Shown piece by piece: positions 12,105 through 25,192 of a stretch of 64,000 nucleotides of DNA. Both the position numbers and the translations under genes were made by a program. This stretch comes from Guillardia theta CCMP2712. Lineage: Eukaryota > Protista > Cryptophyta. The notes below the pieces were generated by a model. The model had not been told where the DNA came from, searched no databases, and saw nothing but the letters and a program-made list of their open reading frames with translations. The stretch spans positions 741,869 through 805,868 of the forward strand of contig NW_005434666.1 of the NCBI RefSeq assembly GCF_000315625.1, given 5' to 3'. Each line of letters begins with the position of its first letter. Within the stretch, counting starts at the first letter, position 1.

Positions 12105-15100
12105 ATGACGGAGAGCGTGGTGGCGGGATGGCTCGGGGAGCTGGGGCTGGGGAACCTGATCCAGGTCTTCGAGGAGGAGGGCATCGACTCCGAAGCTCTT
12201 GCCGCCCTCAACGAGGCTCAGCTGAAGCAGCTCGGCGTCACGCGCATGGGGGACCGGACCAAGGTGAGAGCCGAGGCCATGATGAGCAAGTGGGACGAGA
12301 GCTGTCGGGCTTGCAGAGGGATTGAGATTGAGATGAAGTACAGGGTGAGATTATGTTGGCAGAGATATCTGGAGAGACAGGAGCAGGAATAGATACGTGA
12401 ACAGTGGTGGATGTGGAGTCATAGGCAGATATCGAATACCAAGCAGCGATGAGCAGCGAACACTTCAGGTTTGACATAGAGGGCAAGAGCGACTTGTTAC
12501 TTGATTGTCTCACTGCTAATCTTTGCTGGGATCAAGAGTTATAATGTAGTACAGATTGTATAGAGTCACATCAAGAAGAGCATGCATGTTGTTGACATCA
12601 TTGAAGCCGACAGCTCACCAGTCCCTGAGCTATACGTAGAGCCTCTTCTGCTCCTTAACGTTCTGCATCGAGAAGGAAAGCAGCTTATTGACTTTATCCT
12701 CTAGCTACAGGCGAAGGCGCTTGGTCATGTCCTGCCAGCCTCTACAAACCCTCTCTACGTCCAGTCGGCACAACCACAACATGCGCCGTCGAGCAGTCAT
12801 GATAAGGAAGTTCCCGAGCATATCCAGATCTTACAGCGACTGTCCAACGCCACTGCGGTACTCACAAACCTCTCGGACATTGCTAACATCTGACGCCTCC
12901 CCGATCAGAAGAGCTCCTCAAGGAAAAGCGCTGTCGAGGACGTAGCTGAAAAAATCAGGGCCACCAACTTCGTTCTGAAAGGTTGGAGTCGCCTGCCCCT
13001 TGGAAGCCGATCCTAGGATGCTCATCCTACCGTGCAGGAGGCTATCTGGAGAAGTACACGAACGGTGGCCGAGGTAAACCGCACAGAAAGTTCTTCAAGA
13101 TGCTACCGTACTGCTGTCAGCTTTTTGTGGAACCTACGTTAACATTTTCTGCAGTGAGAAGAAGTTGAGCTACGATGGGAAGACTGTCGGGCCTGTGATG
13201 CTTTCAGCTCATGTTCTTGTGCTAAAGATGATGACACTTACAGGTTCTATCCGTGCTTCCTGGATGTGGCGCTGTGGTCGAAGAGTACCATCACGTCTCC
13301 TCGGACGTTGCTGAACGATCTTTCCGTAAGGCCGGCGATCGTCCTTGACCCCTTCTCACCGCATTCCACTTGTCAGGAGTGGTATGTGAGGGAGGGATAA
13401 GTCTTCTGTTGATCGCTCCGTCAAAGGAGGAGCGAAAGATTTGGATGGAGGTACAGCGGGCAGCTGATCTGAAAATCACTGAAGAAAGGCTGTGCAGGGA
13501 ATTGACATCATGCTCATCGGCGGCTACAAGCGCAGGAGTGCGCAAAACGATGACGTGTCAGAAGTTGCAGCTCGCATTCCTCAAGCGAACATCGGCCTCA
13601 AGAGCGAAACCAGTCCTGCAAAGCACGCGACGGTGAGATGACTTGTGGAGGGATCATTCGTTTGCATCACGGGCTGATTCGACCTCTAAAGGCTCAGGAT
13701 GATCATGAAGTAAAAAGACGCAGCGTAAGTTCTCTTGATCTCTCTCTCGATCTTGTTCTTGACGTTCCTGAAGGCTTCACCTCCCAACCGTTCAAGTGTG
13801 GATCCTATGCTGCCAATGCGCAAGGCGCGACCATCAAGTGTACATGTCAAGAGCCCACCGATGAAACCCAAGGAGGACGTTCACGTCAGGTCAGACTTGG
13901 GAGTGACGAGAAAGCTCGAGGAACGAAGACAAAACTTCGAGCCTACTCAAGATCGAGAGAAAATGACAAAGGAGTCACCGAAAGGTTTCAATCCGACGAC
14001 CAGACTGAGTGCGCAGCAAGATAAGGAGAATGGCTCGCACAGGGGTGAAATCGTTCCGCTGAAGCCCCAGCAAGCACCTGAAATATCAAGCGGACACGAA
14101 CGACGGCAGAGCGATGCACGATCATCCACATTGCCGACCGTGCAGGCGGTGGAAGAGCGAAGAGCAGAGGACACAATCCAACAATGGGGGGCTGACGCTG
14201 AAGGATCCTCGCATGACATTGCGCTGCGTGACGACATGGACAAGGCTCGCGAAGTATCCGCAGTGACTACTGAAAGGCCTGCGAGCCTGAGAGTCGGCAA
14301 TGAGGACACAAGGTCGGGAGTGCTTCGAAAGAAGGAATCGTTTGAGCTCAGGGCCGAGGTGAAGTCAGAGATCCTGACAAACGACAAGGAAGAAGAAACG
14401 ATGAGCAAGATGGAGGAGAAGCCCGACCTTCCAAGTCAAGACTCAGAGAATGCCACCAAACCAGACGTCCCGCCATCAGTTTCGTCACAGGTGCCGCGAG
14501 CTGTTTGAAGAATTGCCTAGTTTGATTCTGTCTTTGCAGAGGAGATCAGTTCTCGACATGGTTGGGCAGATCAATCAAATGGCAAATAGCGCTGACGCTG
14601 CGAACATGATTCGGTAATGTTTCTCGGCACCAGCTTGGTCATGAGCTAACTTGTATTGGAGGTGGAAGCATGTAGATAGCGTTCTCAAGACACAAGGAAA
14701 CCAGATCAAGAAGACGCGAGCAGAACCTGAATTCGGAGTAGCCCTGATCGATGCTTCTCTACAAGCCGGCCGATTTGGTGCTTCCGCTAGCCTAGTTCTG
14801 CGCACGACTGAGTGCGTGCATGACAGAGTGGGAGGTCGAGTTTGCCAAAACGAATAGCATCCACTGGTGTGGAGTCGGAGTTGCTCTTCCTGATGTCAAG
14901 ACTGGCAGGAGTCTCCGACGAGAAGAAGCAAGAGGAAGCGCCTGGTGATGCTGCTGTGTCCCTGCTGGTCACGGTGACGACAGCCGCAGGTTCTATCATT
15001 CCAAGGGATTCTTGTGCGATGGAGACGTGTTGGTGGGAGATTGGGAGAAGCTTCCTCCCTTCGGCGCTGGCGACAAGTCAATCTCTTCTCTTCCTCCTCA

Positions 15101-15329
15101 ACCTCTCACGCGCTGCTGCAGGATAACCATCCGTTTGGATGCGGACGCGGGAACTCTTGAGTTCTCTTGTAACGGCAAGTGGATCTCCGAGAGACTGGAA
15201 GGCGTCAAGAAGAACGTGAGGCGAGGGCGATGATGGCGGGAGCATGACCCCCTTGCGCAGGTTGTTCCGGTGGTGTACACAGATGGGACAGCGTCTCTCA
15301 CGCTTGCAAAACCTCCAACTCAACTTTGA
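12105..15329 (+). CDS. SAM-domain + PH-like + low-complexity linker + C-terminal SPRY/B30.2-like protein
   Basis: MTESVVAGWLGELGLGNLIQVFEEEGIDSEALAALNEAQLKQLGVTRMGDR (SAM); GYLEKYTNGGRGKPHRKFF and LLLIAPSKEERKIWME (PH); WRWK, GVALI, GDKITIRLDADAGTLEFSCNG..VVPVV (SPRY-like); TGA at 15327-15329. Confidence 0.7.
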
Positions 15330-15411
15330 TATGAATAGGAAACAATCAATAGAAACAATCGACTCAGAAACTTGGAATACTTATCAGCTTCTAGCTCGTT
15401 ATTGTTCTGCT

Positions 15412-16185
15412 TCTACCTTGGCTTGTTTCCCACCCGCATCTCGAAGCTCTCAAACGTCACTGTCTTGGTTGAGGATCTTTCCAACATCGCTCAATTCTTT
15501 AAGTGCCTGAGCGATCGAATGATTTTGGCTTTGGAGCGTTTCGATGCAAGGATTCTGTTGGAAATCCATGAAGATCAGCAGTCCTCCTCCTCTTCCTGAA
15601 GTTGAGCTCACCAGCCTTTTGCTTGTCGCGTCAAGCTTCAGCTTTCCGTGTTCGCACACTTGCTCCACCTGGTGTCTGATCCTCTCGTGCACGAAGCTTC
15701 GATCGACTTCTAGCAGCTCAGATGCCACCCTGAGGATCAGTCATCGACATCCGGCACTCCCCGCACCTCACCGGCTGCTGAAGAATTCAGTTTCCACCCT
15801 CTTCATTCGATCGTCGATCTGATCCAGCGACTCTCTAAGAGCGCTCTTCTTGACGACCGGCTTCCCCTGGAAACAACCGACACGTCAAAGGCCTCACGCG
15901 CAAGGTACTGAGCGAACCGCGTCAGCCATGGAGGCTTTGGGCTGATCGAAAGTTTGTCTGGTATCGAAGAAAGAGGATGGCATCCTGAAGGACTCCAGCG
16001 AGCGGCGCTGAATTTCATCCACAGCATGTCTAGCACTGTGAAGCACATGATTAAGAGAAGCATCAGCTGAGGCGAGCATGTACTATTCTCTCTTGGGGCT
16101 GGGAGGGAGGAAGTTGGACATGCCGATCGCTCCCTCCTGACGGCGCTCACGTGTTCACTGATGGAGTGTCGTTAGCCCCGTCATG
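15412..16185 (-). CDS. Hypothetical coiled-coil protein, multi-exon
   Basis: Overlapping ORFs 15450-15728, 15803-16150 and 15894-16079 with short introns and helical composition; no family recognised. Confidence 0.35.
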
Positions 16186-16664
16186 GCACCTGCTGTAGCC
16201 GCTCAGTCACAAGTCACCCGCTCCTCCCCCTCGGCCCCACACATGAGCACCTTCTCGCTTCTTGAATAGAGCACGTGGGATTGAGTCGCGAGTCTGCAGC
16301 TACTCCAGTGAGGCTTAGCAGGCAAGTCGTGACACACGTCAGAGGGATGTTGACAAGGGAGCAAATGGCTGGGTGTTCGTCGCACAAGAAGGTTGAAGGA
16401 TGGAATTGTGTTGGTGGAGTTGAAAGCTGGAGGGGCTGCGGGAGAGAAGGAGAGCGAGCGAGAGCGACAGCAGCAGGAGCAGCAGGTACACCCGAGCAAG
16501 TGCAATGGTGGCAGGAAGAGCAGGAGGAGCATGCACGAGAAGCAGAGGCAGGAGGAGCTGGTGGATTAGGAGCAGCAGAAGCAGGAGCAGGAGCAGCAGG
16601 TGTACGAGCAGGAGCAGCAGGAGAACGAGGTGCAGGACTCCGCCGGGGACTGGAGGAGATGCCG

Positions 16665-17455
16665 CAGCAGCAGGAGTAGGAGCAGGAGTAGGCAGAGCAG
16701 CAGGAGATGCAGGAGGAGTCGGAGGAGCAGGAGTAGGCGGAGTAGGCGGAGGCGGAGGAGTAGGAGTAGGCGGAGGAGTAGGAGGAGCAGGAGTAGGCGG
16801 AGTAGGCGGAGGAGCAGGAGTAGGCGGAGGAGCAGGAGTAGGCGGAGGAGTAGGCGGAGGAGTAGGCGGAGGAGCCTTCAGTAGGCGGAGGAGCAGGAGT
16901 AGGCGGAGGAGTAGGAGTAGGAGGAGCAGGAGTAGAAGTAGGGGAGGAGTAGAAGGACTCGGGAGCAGGAGTAGAACGGTAGGCGGAGAAGTAGGAGGAG
17001 TAGGAGTAGGAGTAGGCGGAGCAGGGGTAGGAGGATGAGGAGGATACGGTAGGAGTAGGCGGCAAGGAGCAGGAGGAGCAGGAGGTAATGGTAGGAGTAG
17101 GCGGCAAGGAGCAGGAGGAGACGGTAGAAGTAGACGGAGGAGTAGGCGGAGCAGGAGGAGCAGGATCAGGAGGCCCAAGGAGGAGTGGCGGAGGAACAGG
17201 CGGAGCAGGCGGATACGGTAGGCGTAGGGGGAGGAGCAGGAGGAGCAGGAGGAGCAGGAGGAGCAGGAGCAGGAGGATACGGTAGGCGTAGGGGGAGGAG
17301 CAGGAGGATACGGTAGGCGTAGGGGGAGGAGCAGGAGGAGCAGGAGGAGCAGGAGGATACGGTAGGCGTAGGGGGAGGAGCAGGAGGAGCAGGAGGAGCA
17401 GGAGGAGCAGGAGGATACGGTAGGCGTAGGGGGAGGAGCAGGAGGAGCAGGAGGG
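16665..17455. repeat. Degenerate purine-rich minisatellite (GGAGTAGGCGGA / GGAGCAGGA units) with five GGATACGGTAGGCGTAGGGGG motifs
   Basis: Directly visible; the 21-mer starts at ~17211, 17275, 17306, 17355 and 17413. Confidence 0.9.
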
Positions 17456-18565
17456 TGCGACTGGGAGGAACAAGTTTCACTCCTCCCTTGTCCTCCCTGG
17501 GGCAACGCATGGGGGCAACGGCCCTCCACAGGTGCTGTACTACTGGAATATATAATATTACTTAATTTTTCTAAAAAAGAATTTATACGTCCTCCTATGC
17601 CAATGATTTATTTTATATAACTAATTATGGATACAGATAATTGTATTGATATTAATGAATTTATATTTTATATGTTTCTGTCAGTACAACTTCTGGTACA
17701 AGAACGTATATCTCTTGACTCTAATAATTAATTATAGAACGCACTTATTAGTTTTGGGCTTGACCCGGTACACATTTGGAGCGCTATGAACTATTTCACA
17801 GTGACCCTGCATCCTAGATTTCAAATAATCCAAAAGAATTTGAAATTTCCTGAGATTTTGGAGCTGTGCAAGTCGAGGTGGCAAGGGGCAAGGGGAGGAA
17901 ATGCACATGGGAATGAGGATGGCGAGCAGGAGGAGAGGTGATGAGCAAGGAACGAGGAGGTGAAGACAAGGGCAGACAAGAGCAGCAAGCATAGGAAATC
18001 GAGAAGAGAAGAGATTATTCCGAGGTCCAGCTGGAAATAAAGCAAAGGTAGTGTGAAGCTGATACGGTCAAGCTCTGGCAGCCCTGTCAGGACCATGCTT
18101 GAGGAATCTTTTCAGAATCGCAAGAAGAATGAGATGTCTTTAAGTAGGCATAAATGCCTTGATGTCCATACCAGCACCCTTGCAGGAATTGAACACGCCG
18201 GGCAGCCTGACCAGAACCGTATTGATGTCAATAGATGCGCATTGTGTTTACTGTACTGTTGCTGGCTTAACCTTGCTATCGCGTTAAGGGAGATAACCCG
18301 CGACAAATCTTCTAACTGCATACATCTAAAATAGCTTGCGATGACACTGTGCAATTTGCTTGCTTGTGAATTGCCATAATGCTGTTGAGGATTTTTGTAC
18401 GGCGGTTAGAAACTTCAAGTGATTGAATCTGGTTTGCAGAGACTGTACTCACCCTGCTGGAATGGCAAAGCAAAGATACCGTACAGATGGAAGGTGGGGG
18501 TGATCCGGTGGCGGATGGTGAGGTCTCACTGCACCTTCAGTGGACACTACACGACGGCAGGGGCG

Positions 18566-18888
18566 ATGGCTAGCAGCAAAGAAGAATTCTCGGGAAATTT
18601 CTACATGAAGTTCCTGGCTTTCGTTGCATTGGCTTTGTGCGTGGTGGGGATGGCGTTCGTGGTGATGAATCACTGGCTTGCGGTGAGATTTGACCCCGAA
18701 GATGTAACAAGCTCACTCCTGTGCAGACATTGCCCTCCAAGGAGCCTCCACCGATGATGCCCGGACAGCCCATGCAATCCAAGGCTCGCATGCCTGGAGA
18801 CTTTCCAACCAATTTCATGTTAGGAGGAGCTGGGAACACTGTCTTCAAAGGGTTGACACGTGTTCATCACTACCATGTCAACAAGTGA
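18566..18888 (+). CDS. Small single-pass membrane protein (2 exons)
   Basis: MASSKEEFSGNFYMKFLAFVALALCVVGMAFVVMNHWLA, a GT..AG intron, then TLPSKEPPPMMPGQ...HHYHVNK-TGA. Confidence 0.5.
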
Positions 18889-19341
18889 AAACTTAAGTTC
18901 AAAGCTCTCCTGCTTGAACGATCCAGCTGCTAGCTTGACAGTGGGGCACAGACGTTATCTTCTTCATGTGAACTTTACTCTTAAGTGTCATTCGCTATCG
19001 CGAAGTTGTAGACTATGGAATTCCTCCCATACGAAGGCATGATTACTGCTTATTCGGATCCTATTGCTAATTCGTATCATTATTGCTTTACAATAAATCG
19101 AGAAAATTCTGACGAGAAAATCATGAAAATTGTTTGCATGCAGATCAATTTAAGTTTGCAACAGATTTGAAAGAAAGTCGTAGAAAGGTACGTTCTGAGC
19201 ATCGTCTGAATTCCAGAAAAGTAAGAGGTTTTAAACTAGGGTGGCGAGATGTCAAGGAAAGCAAGAGTACCGCACTGGATGAAGCAAGCAAGGCCAACAC
19301 AACTCAACAAGAACAGATAGACATAGCTTTGAAAATCAGAA

Positions 19342-19854
19342 TCATTCAGGAACAAGGGAGCAAGCGAAGCCTGCGCTCTCAAGCATCTGCCGTGCTCTTC
19401 TTGCATTCACTTCCGGGAGCGTTGCTAAAGTTCCTTTGCCGTAGTGATGAGTTTGGTATGCTATCCACCTCACCCTTGCTTTTCGCACAAATCCAGGAAA
19501 TGGACCAACATGCTCTTGTTTCAAAATTTCTTCAATCACGTCCATAGCATATTCCATGGTGTGTTGATCATCATCGTGCAAGAGCACTCTCCAGAACTGA
19601 CCATTGAAGCCCTGATCCCTCTGCCAATGCAAATGTTCTAGTGCCCTGTCCCATTCCATAGAATTGTGAATTTTCTGAGGCACAGGATTAGCACATTTCG
19701 AGGAGGGCGAGCGTGTAGGAACGAGACTTGCCAGATACTGACCCTCGATGGTGATGCCAGGAGCAAACCCTAACTGGTTGAATTCTGATGATGAATCCAT
19801 GAGAGTTTTTAGGTACGCAAATATACAGTAGAAGAGGAGGCTAGAGCGTTTCAT
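19342..19854 (-). CDS. clpS: ClpS-like N-degron adaptor with N-terminal targeting presequence, intronless
   Basis: WRVLLHDDDQHTMEYAMDVI, AYQTHHYGKG and ARQMLESAGFACSLVPE match the ClpS core; hydrophobic N-terminus MKRSSLLFYCIFAYL. Confidence 0.75.
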   Translation of the reverse strand: MKRSSLLFYCIFAYLKTLMDSSSEFNQLGFAPGITIEGQYLASLVPTRSPSSKCANPVPQKIHNSMEWDRALEHLHWQRDQGFNGQFWRVLLHDDDQHTMEYAMDVIEEILKQEHVGPFPGFVRKARVRWIAYQTHHYGKGTLATLPEVNARRARQMLESAGFACSLVPE

Positions 19855-21529
19855 CCTGATCAGTTGTTGGGATGCACAATCAACTATCTCATGGTTCAAA
19901 AAATGTTGCTATGAGCTGACAGTTTTGTATCTTCGAAGTCAAGTGCACAACCCAAAATCTCATGCAAGCCACGTTTCTGATTCTGATCTGTACCCACAAA
20001 GTGAGATACCACGCTGGATTTGAGTATGCCTGTGTGTATCTGCCCGTGATGCCTCTCTCAAACTGTTTTGATCTTGACTGCTTCTGCCTGTCTGTGAGGG
20101 TCTTTCTTCGAGCGTGTTGGCTTTTTTGGGCTGCTCTTTTGCCGCTATCTGAACATTCGGTCACTCTCGAAGCAAGTTCAATATCTTGATCGCTATATTT
20201 TATCCGTGACACTCTCCACTTTACCGGCACTCTACTAGCCCCGCTATTTTCCCTCCATTTGGTGGCATCGCACCATCCTACTTTCACCAATCCCCCGTCA
20301 CTAACTTTGTGCGTCACGATGACACGTTGGAACACACCAAGAAAATTTCTGCTTCTGCTCAATCCATCTCTGCACTCAGATTCTTACTTTCATCCTCGTC
20401 GCAATTGCCTCCCAGCCCCTACCAACCCCCCCAATTTTCCATCGAATGCCCCCATCCCTGACAAACACTAATCCTGTTCGATTCAACCAAAGTTGCCTTG
20501 TCCTCGCTTCCTTCTGACCCTTGTTTACATCCACCTTCCTATCTTTGATGAGGCACTCGTCACTCATACACTCTATGCAACATCTGAGTTGTGCTTTCTT
20601 GTGCATTCTTCCTTCTTTCTCCCTGCTCGCCTTCACTTTACGCGCCTTCGTTGCATGCTCCTCACCTTCCGCCTCCTGCCCCTTGACTACCCCACCCCTC
20701 ATATCTCAACTCCGATCGCATTGTTAACATCACCCCTGTTCATGATTACCCTCACTTGTATCTCTGTACCCATACAAATATCGACGAAAGTACCCCTATT
20801 TGGTGGTCATTTGAATACCCTCACCCCCTGTACCTCACTCTAGACTTCCTCCTCATCCGACCTTGGTTGCATGGACCACTTTCTACCCCACCCCTCCATT
20901 TTCCTGTACCCCACCCTATCATTCGCTACAAACGTATTTCACCCTACCCCACTTTCGAAGGACCATTGTTCCTATACCGTACCTTGGAAATCTAGCCTCG
21001 GTATCGACATTCTATGGGCTCTAGAGGATCAATTCATCAAGTTTTATCTTAGTAAATTTCACAGTATAGGATACCCCATGCATTCCTCATCTCAAACTTT
21101 GACCTGGTACCCTACAAATTTCATATCACCCACCACAATTCCATCCCGAACCCGTACATCGGTCACATTTACTTCGATCACCCCTACTTTCATCTGCAAT
21201 CACCCCCACCATTTCTGGGTGTACAGATTCATATCCACACCCATCTCAACCCCAAACAGTGACACACCCACCTCTTTTCATTAGTACCCCATATATTCAT
21301 TATCATTATCCCCCTTTGTCATACTACCGGTCATTGATTTCTTGCTACCTACCCCGACATTGGCTACTATAACGCCCCTTGCTGCCACAAAAACGTTTTA
21401 AGTATAAATGTTTATGATTTTTTGAAGCTCAAGGGATGCGAGATTGATCGAGATCACAACGTATCGACATAAAAAGTTTTTAGATTTAAGAACACACCCA
21501 TCGAGCAGCATGAAGGGGGTGGATGAAGG

Positions 21530-21685
21530 TGAGGGGATGAGGGCAGGGATGAGGGTATGAGGGCAGTATGAGGGGCCACACGGGGATGCATGATGGGGAT
21601 GAGGGCTACATGCGGATGCGTGGGGATGAGGGCTGCACACAGGCTGCATGGTGGGGATGAGGGCTATATGGGGATGAGGGGGGAT
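21530..21685. repeat. Degenerate GGGGATGAGGGC tandem repeat immediately upstream of FCP1
   Basis: Several imperfect copies of GGGATGAGGG are visible. Confidence 0.7.
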
Positions 21686-21701
21686 AAAAGTGTCAGGGCG
21701 G

Positions 21702-24700
21702 ATGGCGACGACATGGCAAGGAGATCGGGCTCGGCTGCGAAGGTGATGGAGGATGAGCTGGAGGGAGAGGGGGGGGGAGGGGAGGAGGAGGAAGATAATG
21801 AATGAGAAGAACAAGGGGAATGATGATGAGAGAGGAGAAGGCAGAGGATTGGAGGCTGAGAAGATCAGGTGACGAACTCGAGAGGTGGGTAGAGAGAAAG
21901 AGTGACTGATCCTCAAGTCAGAGAGAGGGTTTAGTGTTCCATGATTTTCAGGAGAAGATCAGAAGGAAATAGTAGAATCTTCATGAACTATAAGTTTCTT
22001 TCGTTTCTCAACACAACCTCGCTCCAGATGGATGGTAAAGGTGGGAGACAGCGTGCATGAAGGGAAGGTAAGGCGAGTGGAGTGCAATGATAGCTTGCTC
22101 ATCCATCATCGTGTGGGTCTCGTTCCTCAAGGCCATTGCTCGGATAGAAAGTCTCTCCAAGTCAGGGCATGAGGAGCTCCGAGCGTCTCGTGCCGGGCTG
22201 GTGACGTCGGATTGAGATATGTGTCTCCATGCTGAGAAATGTGTGGTAGGTTCGTAGGCTGCTGGTGGAGGAGGGCGATGAGCTGAGCGAGGGGCAACAA
22301 GTCTGCGTCATCCAACAATGCCCGCATGATGACACCTTCCAAGGTCCTCTCTTCCTCCTCCTGTCACGTGGAAACTGACGAGTGCACGCAGGGATCTGCA
22401 CCCTCTGTGGAGCAGATGTAGAAGAATCGGGAGGCCATGCTACTGCTGCTGCTCCGGCTCAGCTGGACAGAGAGACGCATGTCGCATCTTCAAGACTAGA
22501 CAAGCCGCAAAGCTTCGGCATGTTCGGGGTGTGGTGCATCCGGCCCTGCGCTCTTCTCCTGCAAGCATCAAGCGGCAGCAGATGCAACGGGTGGAAGAAC
22601 TGCTGCGATCCAGGAAGCTGGTCAGGGAGGGAGGGAGGGTGGGTGGGTGGGAGAGGATCTTGGTCGTCACTAATGTTCAGGCTCTGGTGCTCGACCTCGA
22701 CCACACCTTGCTTCACACGACCCTGCCAAGAACAGAAATGGAGGAGATGGTCAGGAGAGAGCCTGCCAATGAGGCTGATCCTGATGCTTGTTGCAATTCA
22801 GATCATGCAAACGCTCCATGAACAGTGCAAGGACGTTCACGTCCTCCAAGTCTCGGCTGCGAGATATTACACCAAATTGCGCCCTGGGGTGAGGCAGCGC
22901 CTGTGCTTGCCTGACTGACGTTCTCCTTCTCTTGCCAATGTTTCATGTGAAGATCCGCAACTTCCTGTCCGAGATGTCTAGACTCTTTGAGCTGTACATA
23001 TACACAGCAGGCATGGGGTCCCAGCAAGTGAGATCAGACATGTAATCTCATCCCAGGTGATCGCAAGTACGCGGAAGCTGTCGCGCACATGCTGGACGAG
23101 AGCGGCCGCATGTTCCGGGGGCGAATCATATCTCGAGACGACTACACGGATGTCTCTCTGGAGCACAAGAAGCTTGACAAGGTGCGAACCCTCGATGGTG
23201 ACGAGGAGGAAGTTGAGGTGGGGCAGGTTTTCCCCATCGACGAGCATCGAGCGCTTGTCATCATCCTCGACGACAACGCGGAGACTTGGGACCATCAGTA
23301 CAGCGACGGGCGAAACTCGCAAGAGAATCTCATCCAAGTGGACAAGTATCCACGAGCTGGACTCGTGCTGAGCCTCAGCTGACGTGATCTACTCTGTCTA
23401 GGTACTCGTTCTGGCCGCGGGACCTCGGAGAAGGGCACAACCCTGTGGCAGCGAGGGAGTGGCAGGGGGCAGAGTCAAGCAGCTTTTCGTGGAGCCTGAA
23501 TGAGGCTCAGAAGCAGGAGGAAGCGCGGGAGCAGAGTGATGGTTCTGCTGCAAGCGAAGGAATGAAGGAGGTGGAGAAGGCCCCAGGTCAAGATCAAGCT
23601 TGTCAGGGTGCGGAGGAGAGAGGAGTCGCTCCGGAAGACGCAAGTGAAGATGCAAAGGAGACTAAAAGAGGAATGGAGCAAAAAGGAGGCAAGGGCGACG
23701 AGGAGGTCAAAGAGGCCAAGGAAAGAGCAAAGGACGAAGATGAAGCAAAGAAGGACGAGGGTGAAGGAGATGAAGTAGCGAAAGAGAACGACGGGGAACA
23801 AGAGCTGAAGCAAGGTCAAGAAGTTCCTGAGGGGACATTGATCGAGGACGAGCCAGTCACAGACAGCAAGCTGAAAGCTCTTCTCGCCGAGCTGCTGGCT
23901 CAGGACCGACTGGACGATTACATCCCCCGCCTTGCTCAGATTCTCTCGCAGCTTCACGCTTCGTTTTTCAAGCGACTCCTCCCCTCCTCAAAACCTCTCC
24001 AGCCTTCCCGCAAGCCGCCGGCCAGACCCTCCCAAGACATTCGTGAGCTCCTCCGGTCAGCTCAGTCGCGCGTTCTGTCTGGGCTGAAGATCGCTTTCTC
24101 GGGCGTCATCCCGCACTCCTTCCCCCTCCTCTCTTCACGTGAAGGACGACTAGCCTCGCTGCTCGGAGCTCAGTGCTGGTACCTGCAGCTTCCTCCTCCG
24201 TCATGCTCGTGACCCACTTGGCAGCGAGGAGATCGCGGGAATCACACACCTCGTGGTTGTGATCCGGTAGGTGGAAGGAGGCCGTGGAGGCGAGGGAGCA
24301 GAAGCAGAAGCTGGAGGAGGAGGAGGAGGAGGAGGAGGAGGAGGAGGAGCGATCCAGTTGAGGTTGACGCTGTTTCCACCAGGACGGGACTTACAGAGAA
24401 AGTGATCGAGAGCATCAGACAAGGGGATGTTGAGATAGTCAGCCCCGAATGGTTGTACGCGTGTGCCAGCAGGTCTTGCATCCCTCCCTCCTCTCCCTCC
24501 CTACCCTCTGTTGAACTCCATGTACCCTGGTTTCCCTCTTCCTTCGCCCTCCTGCTTGCAACTGTCTCAGTCTCCTCATTCAGATGGGAGAAGGTCAGCG
24601 AGGACAAGTTTCGTCCTCCTCGATGGCAGGTCGCTTCTCCTCTCGTGCCCTTCCTCTGCTCCTCCTGACGGTCAACAGGAGTATCTCGACAAGGCAGCCT

Positions 24701-25038
24701 CCAAGATCTCCTCTGCTGCCCCAGACGCAGATCAGGAGCTCTCAGGTCACAGTAGGAAGAAGCGAAGGGTCGGGGGGGGCTCTGAGGCCTTGGGGAGGAA
24801 GGAAGAGGATGAGAGTCTGCGAGACAAGGAGGAGGCGAAGGGGAACGTCAAGGAACTGCTCGGAGAGCTCTCGGAGCTGATGGAGGGAGCAGATTCGATC
24901 CTGCAGACCTCCAGCAGCGCTGCTGCTCGCTCTTCCTCCCTCCAGGAAGCTGAGGCTGACAACGGAAAGTCAGAGGGATCAAGTGATGACCTCGTGGACC
25001 AGCTGGAAGACGAGCTGGACGAGCTGGACGAGCAGGAC

Positions 25039-25121
<83 letters not shown>

Positions 25122-25164
25122 TGGGGGCGAGGACGAGGGTGATGACGATCTGGACAACTACTGA
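21702..25164 (+). CDS. FCP1: RNA polymerase II CTD phosphatase FCP1/CTDP1 (CPL-like), multi-exon
   Basis: N-terminal WMVKVGDSV sandwich motif; LVLDLDHTLLHT (DxDxT); YYTKLRPG; LFELYIYTAG; GRIISRDD; VIILDD...W; NLIQVDKY.FW; BRCT VLSGLKIAFSGVIP..ITHLVV..IVSPEWL; acidic (EQ)n tail. Start inferred at ATG 21702. Confidence 0.92.
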
Positions 25165-25192
25165 CTTGTGTACATATGCTGTAAACTACTCT

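Noticed and set aside
16214-17529. Long Pro/Ser/Ala-rich ORFs (419 and 396 aa) and a CRISPR-like 21-mer repeat
   Set aside because: The open frames arise from a stop-poor minisatellite, and the spacers between the 21-mers are just AGGAGC/AGG units.
735-25164. CTD kinase and CTD phosphatase in the same window as a functional cluster
   Set aside because: They are ~18 kb apart with unrelated genes between; chance co-location is adequate.
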